NCBI GenBank assembly: GCA_002269645.1
Contig: NIVC01002897.1
Location: 67,273 to 131,272, forward strand
Origin: Macrostomum lignano
Taxonomy: Eukaryota
Direction of reading: 5' to 3'
Length of the DNA stretch: 64,000 nucleotides
Below the pieces are notes generated by a model that had not been told where the DNA came from, made no database searches, and worked only from the letters and a program-made list of their open reading frames with translations. This document shows positions 25,422 to 38,044 of the stretch, in pieces; the stretch's first letter is position 1; each line of letters begins with the position of its first letter. The translations under genes were made by a program, and so were the position numbers.

Positions 25422-26231
25422 TTCAAGTCATGCAATATAGTCTTGCTTCCAGTCCTACTCTGGAAGTGGAAGTCCCACTTCGATAGTCCCAATCCCATTC
25501 TCAGCCTCAGCTTGAGTTCCAGTCCCTGTCCCAGTCCCAGTCCCAGCTCTATAGTCGGCCTGTCCCAGTCCCAGTCCCAGCTCTATAGTCCCTGTCCCAG
25601 CTTCAGTCCCAGTCTCAGTCCCAGTCCAATAATCCTAGTTTGATCAGCCCAGCTTGAAAATGCCAGTGCGATAATTTCTTCCCTCAATCACTGTCTGAAA
25701 TCCCCATAGTGCCACAATCCTACAGTCTGTCTGAGCATAATTCAGTCCCTAAGCATCAGGCATCAGACTAGCTTTGCGCTGACCCTAAAGGCAGCAAATC
25801 CCAATTGCTCTTCCCGACTCCTCTCTATCCTTTTATTCCTTCGCAATCTGATTGGCTAGATAAGGAGAACAAATGTTGAATTGGGAAGAAACAAACCGAG
25901 TGACAAATGGGAACAGCTATAGTCGTACAGCTATACATGCAGTTTCTCCAATTATATATAGATGCTATCGACGTCAGTGGAACTGACAATAAAGATGATA
26001 AACAGTACTTGTTCTTCCTGTAAAAACATCGGCTGACGATTTTTGACATTTTGAGACAAAACCAACAGAAACGGTGAGTCCCGCAATTTCTACAATTAAT
26101 AAAACTTGTTTCGCTTAAATTACTATTTACTGCTCGATTTGAAGACACCGACAAAGTTCTAGAACTAATAAATTAATGGTTGCGGTGTCTTGACGTCTGA
26201 GGTCGAAGTATTGGAAGTTGTTAAGACTCAG

Positions 26232-26797
26232 GTTGGAGGGTCTAGGGTTAAAGGGTCTAGGGTTGAAGGGTCTAGGGTTGAAGGGTCTAGGGTTGAAGGG
26301 TCTAGGGTTGAAGGGTCTAGGGTTGAAGGGTCTAGAGTTGAAGGGTCTAGGGTTGAAGGGTCTAGGGTTGAAGGGTCTAGGGTTGAAGGGTCTAGGGTTG
26401 AAGGGTCTAGGGTTGAAGGGTCTAGGGTTGAAGGGTCTAGGGTTGAAGGGTCTAGGGTTGAAGGGTCTAGGGTTGAAGGGTCTAGGGTTGAAGGGTCTAG
26501 GGTTGAAGGGTCTAGGGTTGAAGGGTCTAGGGTTGAAGGGTCTAGGGTTGAAGGGTCTAGGGTTGAAGGGTCTAGGGTTGAAGGGTCTAGGGTTGAAGGG
26601 TCTAGGGTTGAAGGGTCTAGGGTTAAAGGGTCTAGGGTTGAAGGGTCTAGGGTTAAAGGGTCTAGGGTTGAAGGGTCTAGGGTTGAAGGGTCTAGGGTTG
26701 AAGGGTCTAGGGTTGAAGGGTCTAGGGTTGAAGGGTCTAGGGTTGAAGGGTCTAGGGTTGAAGGGTCTAGGGTTGAAGGGTCTAGGGTTGAAGGGTC
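26232..26797. repeat. 15-mer array GAAGGGTCTAGGGTT (array 1)
   Basis: About 38 units read directly. Confidence 0.97.
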
Positions 26798-27649
26798 TTA
26801 GGCTAACAATCGAGCTAGCGAGAACTTTTACGCCCTTCAGAAACTGATTGAGAGCTTCATTCAATCAGCAATAAATCTATATTCTATTAATATACGGGCC
26901 AAGAACACGAGCTTCAGGTCGTGGCAATAAAACTGCATGCGCAATGTGGGAGTTTCAGTTTGATATGCAAAACCCTCAGCTGTACGTCATTCACAGGACA
27001 AAAATGATGTTTCGGTTGAATTATTGAATTATTTTTTATGACCCGCGTGTCGGTTCAACAACCGAAAGTCTTCACATGCTTGGGGAGAGCTCAAACTAAA
27101 GGCCATTTGCTGCTCAGTCATAAACTTCAGCCCTATTTCGTATTTATTGCGAAACAGACAAGGATAGAAGCTGTGTGCTCTTAACAGCGAGGCCCCAGAA
27201 TCAGTATATTAAGACCCTATGATGAGGCTATCTATAGATTTTTTCTCCGTTTATTTCATAACTAATGGGGAGATTTTGAAAATTTGGCCTCATCCTTAAG
27301 CAGGTTTAGGCGTCAAGGACCACTAGAAGTTACCACTGGACGTAGCACAATTTATTTAAAGGCCAGCTTGTTTGTATTGCAGTGAAACTTTAAATGCTCA
27401 TAGCTCTTGATCAGCTTGATTAAAATGATAATTTTTTTCGTTGGGTTGTTTGAACTTTTGTGCTCTTCAAGATACCAGAAGTTTGGCCTTGTACTTTTTA
27501 GTTTTCTATTGTGATAGGGTTTGAAAAATGACACTGAGACAGTTAAAGTTGAAAAAAAGTACTTTTCTGTGCTATTAAATCAGTCAAGTTAGAAACCCTT
27601 AGTATAGTAAACTGTTACAAGCTTTGTTAAATTAGTAGAAGTATGTCTG

Positions 27650-27976
27650 CATAATAATTAAAAATAATAATGAGTGATAACACCTGGCCTAATTGGGACA
27701 AATGTGCAACCGACAGCTCAGCCGCAGCTATTGCTCGGCGCATCTGAAGGCTGCCTACGGCTGTTCAGTCCAAGGACTGGGGGGTCGCCACACACAGCCT
27801 CAATTACCCCAGCTAATGCTGGCACCCATTTTACAGCTGGGTGAACTGAAGCAATGCAGAGTTAAGCTGTCTTGCTCAAGGACACAAATTGTTCCGAGAG
27901 TGGGTCGAGAATCGAACCCCCGACCTTTCAGTCCTGAGTCCGACCGTCTAACTAGTAGGCTACAACCTCCCCACCC
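27650..27976 (-). mobile_element. tRNA-headed CORE-type SINE, full-length copy 1
   Basis: Minus strand: A box TAGCCTACTAGTTAG, B box GGTTCGATTC, then TGTGTCCTTGAGCAAGACAGCTTAACTC..CTTCAGTTCACCCAGCTGTAAAATGGG (CORE-like by recall of the MIR core), and a (TTA)-rich tail. Three other copies in the window. Confidence 0.8.
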
Positions 27977-28302
27977 TATAAAGGCATAGCATGCTAGCAA
28001 GTTTTAAAGCAAGGCAGCGTGTAACAACAGAACTACTTTAAACATGTCGATTTTAACAGGTTAAAGCCTTAAAAAATTACACATACAGCCTATTTTGGAG
28101 CTTCAGTGGCACACAGCTAGTGCAGGTTTCTTCATAAACAGTCAAATATAGAATGCTTTTTTAGGCAAGCATCGCTAAATACACGTAAACAAGCGGGCCT
28201 TCAAATAATTTTTCACTAGTTATGTCATGTCCTGAATATGTGTTATGTCCTGATACAACGGTAACTTCTAGCGGTCCTTGTTAGAAGTTTTGTTCGAGGG
28301 AG

Positions 28303-28562
28303 TCTAGGGTTGAAGGGTCTAGGGTTGAAGGGTCTAGGGTTGAAGGGTCTAGGGTTGAAGGGTCTAGGGTTGAAGGGTCTAGGGTTGAAGGGTCTAGGGT
28401 TGAAGGGTCTAAGATTGAATGATCTAGGGTTGAAGGGTCTAGGGTTGAAGGGTCTAGGGTTGAAGGGTCTAAGATTGAATGATCTAGGGTTGAAGGGTCT
28501 AGGGTTGAAGGGTCTAGGGTTGAAGGGTCTAGGTTTGAAGGGTCAAGGATTGAAGGGTCTAG
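28303..28562. repeat. 15-mer array GAAGGGTCTAGGGTT (array 2)
   Basis: About 17 units with AAGATTGAATGA variants. Confidence 0.95.
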
Positions 28563-28959
28563 TAGGAAATAAACGTCAACAAAAGCATAAAATAATTTTT
28601 TTCTTTCTAGCCAACGCGTTTCGTCAAACACAAGCCGTCGTCAGGGCAAATTCAATTAACCTTTTTTAGCACCAATATATTTAAGAAAAACAAACTGTAC
28701 ACTCCAAAGGCGGGTCAAAACAGTCCAGTAGAATTTCAAAAGTGCCAAGTACATAACGAAGGCAGTGAGAAAAAATTAGGCATGCTCTGCTCACAGTACT
28801 CTTAGCTCACGCTCCACCCCATTTCCAGCAAGGTGCACATTCAAGTTGGGTTTGTGCATTCTGATATAAAAAGCTTCAATAATCTTAAGTTTATGGTCAA
28901 ATTTTCACCCATCCAGCACTTTAAAGAGCTGAATCGGTTCACTGTCACAACATTTTCAA

Positions 28960-29592
28960 CTGAAGGGTCTAGGGTTGAAGGGGGTTGTAGGGTCTAGGGT
29001 TGAAGGGTCTAGGGTTGAAGGGTCTAGGGTTGAAGGGTCTAGGGTTGAAGAATCTAGGGTTGAAGGGTCTAGGGTTGAAGAATCTAGGGTTGAAGGGTCT
29101 AGGGTTGAAGGGTCTAGGGTTGAAGGGTCTAGGGTTGAAGGGGCTAGGGTTGAAGGGTCTAGGGTTGAAGGGTCTAGGGTTGAAGGGTCTAGGGTTGAAG
29201 AATCTAGGGTTGAAGGGTCTAGGGTTGAAGAATCTAGGGTTGAAGGGTCTAGGGTTGAAGGGTCTAGGGTTGAAGGGTCTAGGGTTGAAGGGTCTAGGGT
29301 TGAAGAATCTAGGGTTGAAGGGTCTAGGGTTGAAGAATCTAGGGTTGAAGGGGCTAGGGTTGAAGGGTCTAGGGTTGAAGGGTCTAGGGTTGAAGGGTCT
29401 AGGGTTGAAGGTGCTAGGGTTGAAGGGTCTAGGGTTGAAGGGTCTAGGGTTGAAGGGTCTAGGGTTGAAGGGTCTAGGGTTGAAGGGTCTAGGGTTGAAG
29501 GGTCTAGGGTTGAAGGGTCTAGGGTTGAAGGGTCTAGGGTTGAAGGGTCTAGGGTTGAAGGGTCTAGGGTTGAAGAGTCTAGGGTTGAAGGG
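28960..29592. repeat. 15-mer array GAAGGGTCTAGGGTT (array 3)
   Basis: About 42 units with GAAGAATCT variants. Confidence 0.96.
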
Positions 29593-30663
29593 CCTGGCAG
29601 AACAGCCATGACCCGAGAGGGTCCATGGTCATCGCCCTGATGTCCCTGCAGTAGGGTAGGCAGGGGAAGGGAGTTTGCAAGTTGAGTAAAAAAAACCCGG
29701 AAAACTTCCTTCGCGTTCTGCTTCGGTTAGCCATTCCAAGTTCTAGTTCCAGTTCTCCTTGATTTTGCTCAGATAGACACTGCTTATTTCCCAGCCAATT
29801 ATGCTATAGACAGCGGAATAACAAGGCCAGCTAGCACAGATTATAGTGGCTAAAACTTGAAGCAGCAAAGTCATCTACAAGACTCCGGCCTTTTGTCCTC
29901 AAAAGTTATTAGCCTCCTTAACAGGGCCCAGTTTAGCAAGCTTCAAAGAAATCGCGAGAATTCATCATTAGGAAAAGACAAATTCACGGCCTCTTGCTAA
30001 AAAAGATTTCTTTCATGTGCTCATATTTATCTGGCGTAGAAAAAAGTTCTTGATAATAGAGATATCTGAATGATATAACGGCTAAATGGAGAATTTTTCT
30101 GAGATCGACTTCGCTCTCTACTCAATCAATCATGCCAAAAGAACACGCGACTTCTGCTTCTCCTAGGAGAGCTGGTGGGTTGGACACAGTTTTTCTGCTT
30201 CTATATACTGGCATAAGCAGCAGTCTCTGTGCTCCATCACTCTTTCCTATCGCTATTCACAACTGATTAGTGCAGTCAAAGACTTACTAAGGACTTCGAG
30301 GAAGTCTAGGGGGGGGGGTCAGCTGGATCGAGTTTTTATTCCTCTGGGCAACGCAATTAGGTCCCGCTGATCAGCTGAGGAACTGCTTTTTTGCTTAAGA
30401 CTTCTTGCAGGAGCAGAAAAAACTGTTAGAGCTACTGTGGGCGCTTTTCTTCCCAAAAGAATTATGAAATATTATTGGGAGAGAAAATCCAATCTGATGG
30501 GGGGAGGGTACAGTTTTATTGCTGCAACTATTTCTTAATATCCTTACTGCCGTTTCGCTTCAGTAATGGTGGATGGGTACATGCGGCAGCTACCGCTTTG
30601 TAGCACGCAGAGGAGCGGGCCGCTGTTTTACAGATTGGGGAGATGGCACTGCAATATAGAAAA

Positions 30664-31740
30664 CAGGGAATTTCTATGGGATGGGGAATTTCTATGGGAT
30701 GGGGAATTTCTATGGGATGGGGAATTTCTATGGGATGGGGAATTTCTATGGGATGGGGAATTTCTATGGGATGGGGGAATTTCTATGGGACTGGGGAATT
30801 TCTATGGGATGGGGAATTTCTATGGGACTGGGGAATTTCTAAGGGATGGGAATTTCTATGGGATGGGGGAATTTCTATGGGACTGGGGAATTTCTATGGG
30901 ATGGGGAATTTCTATGGGATGGGGAATTTCTATGGGACTGGGGAATTTCTAAGGGATGGGGAATTTCTATAGGATGGGGGAATTTCTGTCGAATGGGAAT
31001 TTATATAGATTGGGGAACTTCTATAGGATGGGGGATTTCTTTGGGACGGGGAATTTCTATGGGAATAAGAATTTCTATAGGATGGGAATTTCTATAGCAC
31101 GGGGAACTTCTGTCGGACGAGGAAGAATTCCATAAGATGGGGAATTTCTATGGGATGGGGAATTTCTATGAGACTGAGAATCTCTATAGATGGGAATTTC
31201 TATGGAATGGGGAATTTCTGTAGGACGGGGAACTTCTGTGGGACGAGGAATATTTCTATGGGACAGGGAATTTCTATGGGATGGGGAATTTCTAAGGGAT
31301 AGGAAATTTCTAAGGGATAGGGAATTTTTAACTGATGGGGATTTTTTATGGGATGACAATTTATATGGGATGGGGAATTTATACGTGATGGGGAATTTAT
31401 ATGGGATGGGGAGTTTATATGGGATGGGGAATTTATATGGGATGGGGAATTTATGTGGGATGGGGAATTTATACGTGATGGGGAATATATATGGGATGGG
31501 GAATTTATATGGGATGGGGAATTTATACGTGATGGGGAATATATATGGGATGGGGAATTTATATGGGATGGGGAATTTATATAGGATGGGGAATTCATAT
31601 GGGATGGGGAATTTATATGAGACAGGGAATTCTTGTGGGATGGGGAATTTATATTGGATGGGGAGTTCATATGGGATGGGGAATTCATATGGGATGGGGA
31701 ATTTATATGAGATGGGGAATTCATATGGGATGGGGAATTT
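30664..31740. repeat. 18-mer G-rich minisatellite GGGGAATTTCTATGGGAT
   Basis: Read directly; homogeneous at the left, degenerate in the middle, AATTTATATGG variant at the right. Confidence 0.94.
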
Positions 31741-31888
31741 CTTTGCCATTATAATGAACTGAGAAATCCCATAGCAAGGAAACGGAAATACTAAGCAAAG
31801 GTTTCTAGAATTGGCGATTAATACAAAACTTTCATGCCAAGCAACACACGAGTCTCTCCCATCCCATCACCGCACAGCTCCCTACAAA

Positions 31889-32782
31889 ATGCAATCCAAC
31901 GAGTCCGACGCCAACTGCCAGCCTCCAATATTTCTGGAGCGCTTTTCCGAGGTCTACTCCGACATGCACAAGTACTTGGCCCTGGCGCTGTGCGTCTTCG
32001 GCCTGGCCACCAACCTCATCAACATCGTGGTTCTGTGCCAGAAGACGATGCTAAATCCAACGAACACCCTGCTAACAGCGCTGTCAATATCTGACGGGCT
32101 GATGTCAGCCGTGTACCTGCCATTCTGCCTGTACTTCACATTGGCCAACCGGCTGAAGCTGCAGTGTCCGGAGCCCTATCCGTGGCAGGTGTTCCTGTGG
32201 ATCCAACTGTGCGCAGTGATGCTGGCACACACGGTCAGCTCGTGGGTGACTGTGGCTCTGGCGGTGTTCAGACTGGTGTACATCAAACTGCCAGTCCGCA
32301 GCAGGCAGCTGTGCACAGACAGGGCCGCAAAGACAGTCATTGCTTGCGCCCTGTTGGCCTCGTCCTGCATGCTGCTTCCTAACGTCCTCGGCCATCGGAT
32401 TAAGCCATTCGACGAGGACATCGATGAGGAGAGGCTGGGCGCATGCGGTTTGGCGCCGAATCAGACCTACTACAGCTTCAAGATGCGCGAGGACGATCGA
32501 GTGATCAGCAGCATCAACTTCTGGGTGATCGGCGTGGGCATCAAGTCGCTGCCGGTGCTGCTGCTAGCCGTGCTCAGCGTCTTCCTCATCAACTCGTTGA
32601 AGGAGACTGCCCGACGTCGGCGTAGGCTGAAGGCGAATAGCGGCGGAGCAGCGGTGGCTGCGGTCGGCAAGTCCAAGAGTCGAGGGACCGCGGGAGGTCA
32701 AAGCGATGACGCGCACTCGAACAGGACGACCAAACTGCTGGTTACCATCGTGCTCGTGAGCGTGTTCAGCATCCTGCCGCAG
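31889..32782 (+). CDS. Class A peptide GPCR (myosuppressin/DmsR, Srw-like), coding exon 1
   Basis: ATG 31889; CVFGLATNLINIVVL (TM1), TNTLLTALSISD (TM2), HTVSSWVTVALAVFR (TM3), KSLPVLLL (TM5), RTTKLLVTIVLV..LPQ (TM6). Donor GTAAGG at 32783. Confidence 0.9.
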
Positions 32783-32795
32783 GTAAGGATTCGGT

Positions 32796-32997
<202 letters not shown>

Positions 32998-33020
32998 TTC
33001 ACAACTGTATTCAATTCCAG

Positions 33021-33278
33021 GGCGTCATCTTCGTGGTTCTAGGTTCGCTGCAGTCTCAGCAATCGAAGCACTGCTTCACGCTGAGGTTCTACGACCCTCT
33101 AGGCGACATATTTGACTTGATGACTCTGTTCAATCACAGCATCAATTTCATATTTTACTACGGAATGTCCAAGCAATTTCGCAGCTGCTTCCTTCGACTT
33201 CTGTTTCAAGCGTTGCGATTCGGCGGAGTCCGAGGTGACGACCAGGAGCTGGTTGCTAGGCAGGCCAACAACCACCAG
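33021..33278 (+). CDS. Peptide GPCR, coding exon 2 (TM7 and helix 8)
   Basis: Acceptor TTCCAG 33020; splicing gives LPQ|GVIF...DLMTLFNHSINFIFYYGMSKQFRSCF. Candidate donor CAG|GTAGTT at 33279. Confidence 0.88.
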
Positions 33279-33300
33279 GTAGTTTGTAGCGTAAGTTATT

Positions 33301-33450
33301 ACTGGGGGGTGTCGCCACACACCCTCAATTACCCCAGCTAATGCTGGCACCTGTTCAAGGACACAAATTGTACCGAGTGGGTCGAGAATCGAACCCCCGA
33401 CCTTTCAGTCATGAGTCCGACGCTCTGACCACTAGTAGGCTGCAACCCCT
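33301..33450 (-). mobile_element. CORE-type SINE, internally deleted copy 2, in GPCR intron 2
   Basis: Matches copy 1 (CTGGGGGG..GTCGCCACACACCCTCAATTACCCCAGCTAATGCTGGCACC and GGGTCGAGAATCGAACCCCCGACC) but lacks most of the CORE segment. Confidence 0.8.
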
Positions 33451-33542
33451 CATTCCTAATGTGATCCAAGAACTTTAGTGCTAGACTCAGACACGTTAAT
33501 CCATCTGAGTTGGTCTCACTAAAACCAACAATCCACCACCAG

Positions 33543-33821
33543 GTGCTGCAGCCTCACAATTGCAGACATGGATTGCATCGGCAAAACCAACTTGACCAGC
33601 ATCATCAACAACAGCAGCTGCAGCAGCAGCAGGAGCAGTGTCTGCTAACACCGAATCCAGATCAGGACAATTACAATGACAATTGCGATGAGATCAGCAA
33701 TGACGCTGCAGGGTTGGAAGCTGTACCGCTCTGCTGTAGCGGCACTCGACCTTCGCCTACTGAGTTGGAAACTCGAATAGACTCAGATGATATATCGTCA
33801 CACAAAGAAACTGTTGTCTAA
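33543..33821 (+). CDS. Peptide GPCR, probable exon 3 (Q-rich C-terminal tail)
   Basis: CACCAG acceptor in phase 0 with the exon 2 donor; open frame with poly-Q to TAA 33821. No family motif to confirm it. Confidence 0.55.
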   Translation: MLQPHNCRHGLHRQNQLDQHHQQQQLQQQQEQCLLTPNPDQDNYNDNCDEISNDAAGLEAVPLCCSGTRPSPTELETRIDSDDISSHKETVV

Positions 33822-33892
33822 GCTGTGCTCAACTATACTGTTACTATAATGTGGAAGAATTCCGAGAATTGAATTTAAGACACGGCCAGCTA

Positions 33893-35480
33893 TATTCAAC
33901 CCCAAGGACTACTCAACCCCAAGGACTACTCAACCCCAAAGACTACTCAACCCCAAGGACTACTCAATCCCAAGGACTACTCAACCCCAAAGACTACTCA
34001 ACCCCAAGGACTACTCAATCCCAAGGACTACTCAACCCCAAGGACTACTCAACCCCAAAGACTACTCAACCCCAAGGACTACTCAACCCCAAGGACTACT
34101 CAACCCCAAAGACTACTCAACCCCAAAGACTACTCAACCCCAAGGACTACTCAACCCCAAGGACTACTCAACCCCAAAGACTACTCAATCCCAAGGACTA
34201 CTCAACCCCAAAGACTACTCAATCCCAAGGACTACTCAACCCCAAAGACTACTCAACCCCAAAGACTACTCAACCCCAAAGACTACTCAACCCCAAAGAC
34301 TACTCAACCCCAAGGACTACTCAATCCCAAGGACTACTCAACCCCAAGGACTACTCAACCCCAAGGACTACTCAACCCCAAGGACTACTCAACCCCAAAG
34401 ACTACTCAACCCCAAAGACTACTCAACCCCAAGGACTACTCAACCCCAAGGACTACTCAACCCCAAAGACTACTCAATCCCAAGGACTACTCAACCCCAA
34501 AGACTACTCAACCCCAAAGACTACTCAACCCCAAAGACTACTCAACCCCAAAGACTACTCAACCCCAAGGACTACTCAATCCCAAGGACTACTCAACCCC
34601 AAGGACTACTCAACCCCAAAGACGACTCAACCCCAAGGACTACTCAACCCCAAAGACTACTCAACCCCAAGGTCTACTCAACCCCAAAGACTACTCAACC
34701 CCAAGGACTACTCAATCCCAATGACTACTCAACCCCAAGGACTACTCAACCCCAAAGACTACTCAACCCCAAGGTCTACTCAACCCCAAGGACTACTCAA
34801 TCCCAATGACTACTCAACCCCAAGGACGACTCAACCCCAAGGACTACTCAACCCCAAGGACTACTCAACCCCAAAGACTACTCAACCCCAAAGACTACTC
34901 AACCCCAAAGACTACTCAACCCCAAGGACTACTCAACCCCAAGGACTACTCAACCCCAAGGACTACTCAACCCCAAAGACTACTCAACCCCAAAGACTAC
35001 TCAACCCCAAGGACTACTCAACCCCAAAGACTACTCAACCCCAAGGTCTACTCAACCCCAAAGACTACTCAACCCCAAAGACTACTCAACCCCAAGGACT
35101 ACTCAATCCCAAGGACTACTCAACCCCAAGGACTACTCAACCCCAAGGACTACTCAACCCCAAGGACTACTCAACCCCAAGGACTACTCAACCCCAAGGA
35201 CTACTCAACCCCAAAGACTACTCAACCCCAAGGACTACTCAACCCCAAGGACTACTCAACCCCAAAGACTACTCAATCCCAAGGACTACTCAACCCCAAA
35301 GACTACTCAATCCCAAGGACTACTCAACCCCAAAGACTACTCAACCCCAAAGACTACTCAACCCCAAGGACTACTCAATCCCAAGGACTACTCAACCCCA
35401 AGGACTACTCAACCCCAAGGACTACTCAACCCCAAGGACTACTCAACCCCAAGGACTACTCAACCCCAAGGACTACTCAA
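33893..35480. repeat. 17-mer array ACTACTCAACCCCAAGG just 3' of the GPCR
   Basis: About 93 units; the 17-residue period of the 556 aa pseudo-ORF reflects the 17-bp unit. Confidence 0.97.
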
Positions 35481-37069
35481 GTAGAAGGATAGAAGGAAAC
35501 CTCGTTTCTAAAAAATTTTAGGAGACAGGTTTTCACCGAAGAATACACTACGGAGATAGGAAGTTTTTTTTTCCATTTTTTTCAGCACAAAAACTGCTAT
35601 TGCTTTTGATAGGAGGCAGATCCAGTGTGCATCTTTTGATATGTTGTGCCTTTCTTATGGCTCTATGGATATAAATAAAGATTCTATGCTTATACTTTAT
35701 ATTCTACGTACATTCCCTGTAATAAAAATCACAGCTCAATTCACTGGTTCAATCGAATCTATTATACCATTTTCTGTTGCATACATTGTTACAGAGTCAG
35801 CTAAGAATGATAAAATAGATTCATAGAACCAATGAGCCGAGCCGTGCCATAGTTTAATGGTTTTTAGGTACAGGAAATGTACAGTTCTACGTAGAATAAA
35901 AATTAACAAAGAATCCTAATTGTCTGCATGAAAAGCTTATAGTAATACTAATAATAAATATTTTATCTGCTTCCTATCGAAAGCAATAACAATTTTTGTG
36001 CTGAATAAACGATTGTCTATGGCTTAAACTCAATGCTTTGCCTGTGCCTGAGCCACAGACCATAGATGAAGTTTTGACCATGGACGAAAGTGGAAACGAT
36101 TGGCTGTGTCTTAAAATTAATGCTGGGAATTCCTAAATAAAACTAAAAATAAGGCTATTTAGAGCTAGTAGTGACCCCGAAGCACTCTTAGGTAGCTTAC
36201 CCACCAGCAATTCAATGATTAATGATAGGTCGCTTGCGTGCAGCAAAATATTTGGCACAAAATATTAATGCAACTCATTCCTTCCCACTATAATCTAGTA
36301 GATGGTCGGATATAAGACCAAACGTAACCTTATATACACGTATATGTAATCATGGATTCGGCAACCCGGTTGAAAATATATACCAATATTAATTGACTTT
36401 GTAAATATGCATTCTCGTTGTGCAGGTTATATATTTATTATAATAGTTGATCAAATCAACCAATATTTTAGTTTAGTTCCTAAAAATGCACAAATTTCAT
36501 GCTCACAAGGTTGAAAAATTGCCTATTAAGTTACATAGCTAGTTTGTAAGTCAATAGCGCGGACACAGATAATTTCTCGTAGTTGTAGCAGTATTATCAA
36601 TATTTTATTTCCAATGCACCAATGTGTAACGCAGTTCGTTATTTACACTTGAATAATTCAACATGAAATTATTGCAATAAATTTATGTTTAGCAGTAGGG
36701 GTAAGCAGATGCTCGTTCTGGAATCTGTGAAATCCAAAAAAAGTTCAAAATTCCACTTTGCTCAGCTGATTTTGGCTTCCTGACTTTTCGTGTTTTGTTT
36801 TTTCAGCAAGCCTCACAAATTCAAATACCCCGCTTAAATTCCCTCAACCTTCCCCTTTTAAATCGTTTGTGTTTCAGATACTAGCTATAGTATATCCTTA
36901 CTTTTGTTGACGATTTTAAAAATAAGAACTAAAAAGTTTAATGGTCTTCGGCCGTCTGTGCATCGGGGAAGGGGGCTCCGTGACCCATGACCTTCCTTTG
37001 TCGGACTAATGTATTTAATATTTCGTCGTGTACTAATCATGTCAATGTATTTTGAAACCTTATAACTTT

Positions 37070-37365
37070 GATTACACCTGCCCTAATGGCCAGATGTGCA
37101 ACCGACAGCTCAGCCGCAGCTATTGCGCGGCGCATCTGAAGGCTGCGTACGGCTGTTCAGTCCAAGGACTGGGGGGTCGCCACACACCCTCAATTACCCC
37201 AGCTAATGCTGGCACCCAGTTTACAGCTGGGTGAACTGAGGCAATGCAGAGTTTAGTGAGTGTCTTGCTCAAAAACAGTTAAAATTGTTCCGAGTGGGTC
37301 GAGAATCGAACCCCCGACCTTTTAGCCGCGAGTCCGACGCCCTAACCACTAAGGCTACAGACCCC
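37070..37365 (-). mobile_element. CORE-type SINE, full-length copy 3
   Basis: Collinear with copy 1; minus strand A box TAGCCTTAGTGG, B box GGTTCGATTC. Confidence 0.82.
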
Positions 37366-38044
37366 TTGATGAATAATGAATAAGTTTTGCGCAGACTTGA
37401 AGGTAAGCACACACGCAGGCCATTCTAAAGCAGAACACGTTGGCTGCATCCTTAAAAAATGGGTTCAAGTTATACCTGGCCAGAGGAAATTGGATTGGAA
37501 AGTTATAGACATTGCAGTAGCAAATAATAACTATGTTTTACAAAATCTCAGCCGTATAGCAATTGCCGCGTTCTTTCCGGGCTGGCAGGGTAGCAGGGCA
37601 GGAAGTACAGTTCGGGCTCGTAAATTTCTAACTGCTAATCGAGCAAATCTACGGCTCGTGTGTCGATCTCCATAAGGTCTTGTCGATGCACACCTATCAA
37701 TCATTTCAACTTTATCTGCAGCTACAAAATATATAGATTATAGCAATATGCAGCATATAGCGATGCAGCATGCCACGTATTCCCTAAAGTTCTCATAATT
37801 GGCCACAATCGATGATCGGGCCGCTAAATCCCCAGGCAAAACTAATAGAATTACGCGTACATGTAGTATTGTTGGTTTTGTCAATAAAGTTTATGAATTA
37901 AGTCAATCAAGAAGCAAGTGTTCAGAATCCCCATTTACTGCCATTAAACTGTAATCAACCAGTTCTAAGCTTATCAAGCAGATAATTCCATTAAAAATCA
38001 GCACCAGGAAATATCAAGACTGTGGGAGACTGCAAGCTTGATTA

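Noticed and set aside
27900-27976. tRNA gene calls at the SINE heads, at 6841-6905/10373-10437 and at the lone B box near 40270
   Set aside because: A/B boxes are present but no complete cloverleaf with acceptor stem was found; they are embedded in repeated elements.
26232-29592. True telomere or interstitial (TTAGGG)n tract
   Set aside because: The unit is a 15-mer with no consecutive TTAGGG hexamers.
24473-29640. Collagen-like or periodic ORFs (GLSDWDYRTGTIGL, VEGSR, KGLGL, PFNPR)
   Set aside because: All derive from 14- and 15-bp arrays.
33851-35521. 556 aa ORF after the GPCR
   Set aside because: It is a 17-bp tandem repeat lacking stops; a parallel frame gives the same periodic peptide.
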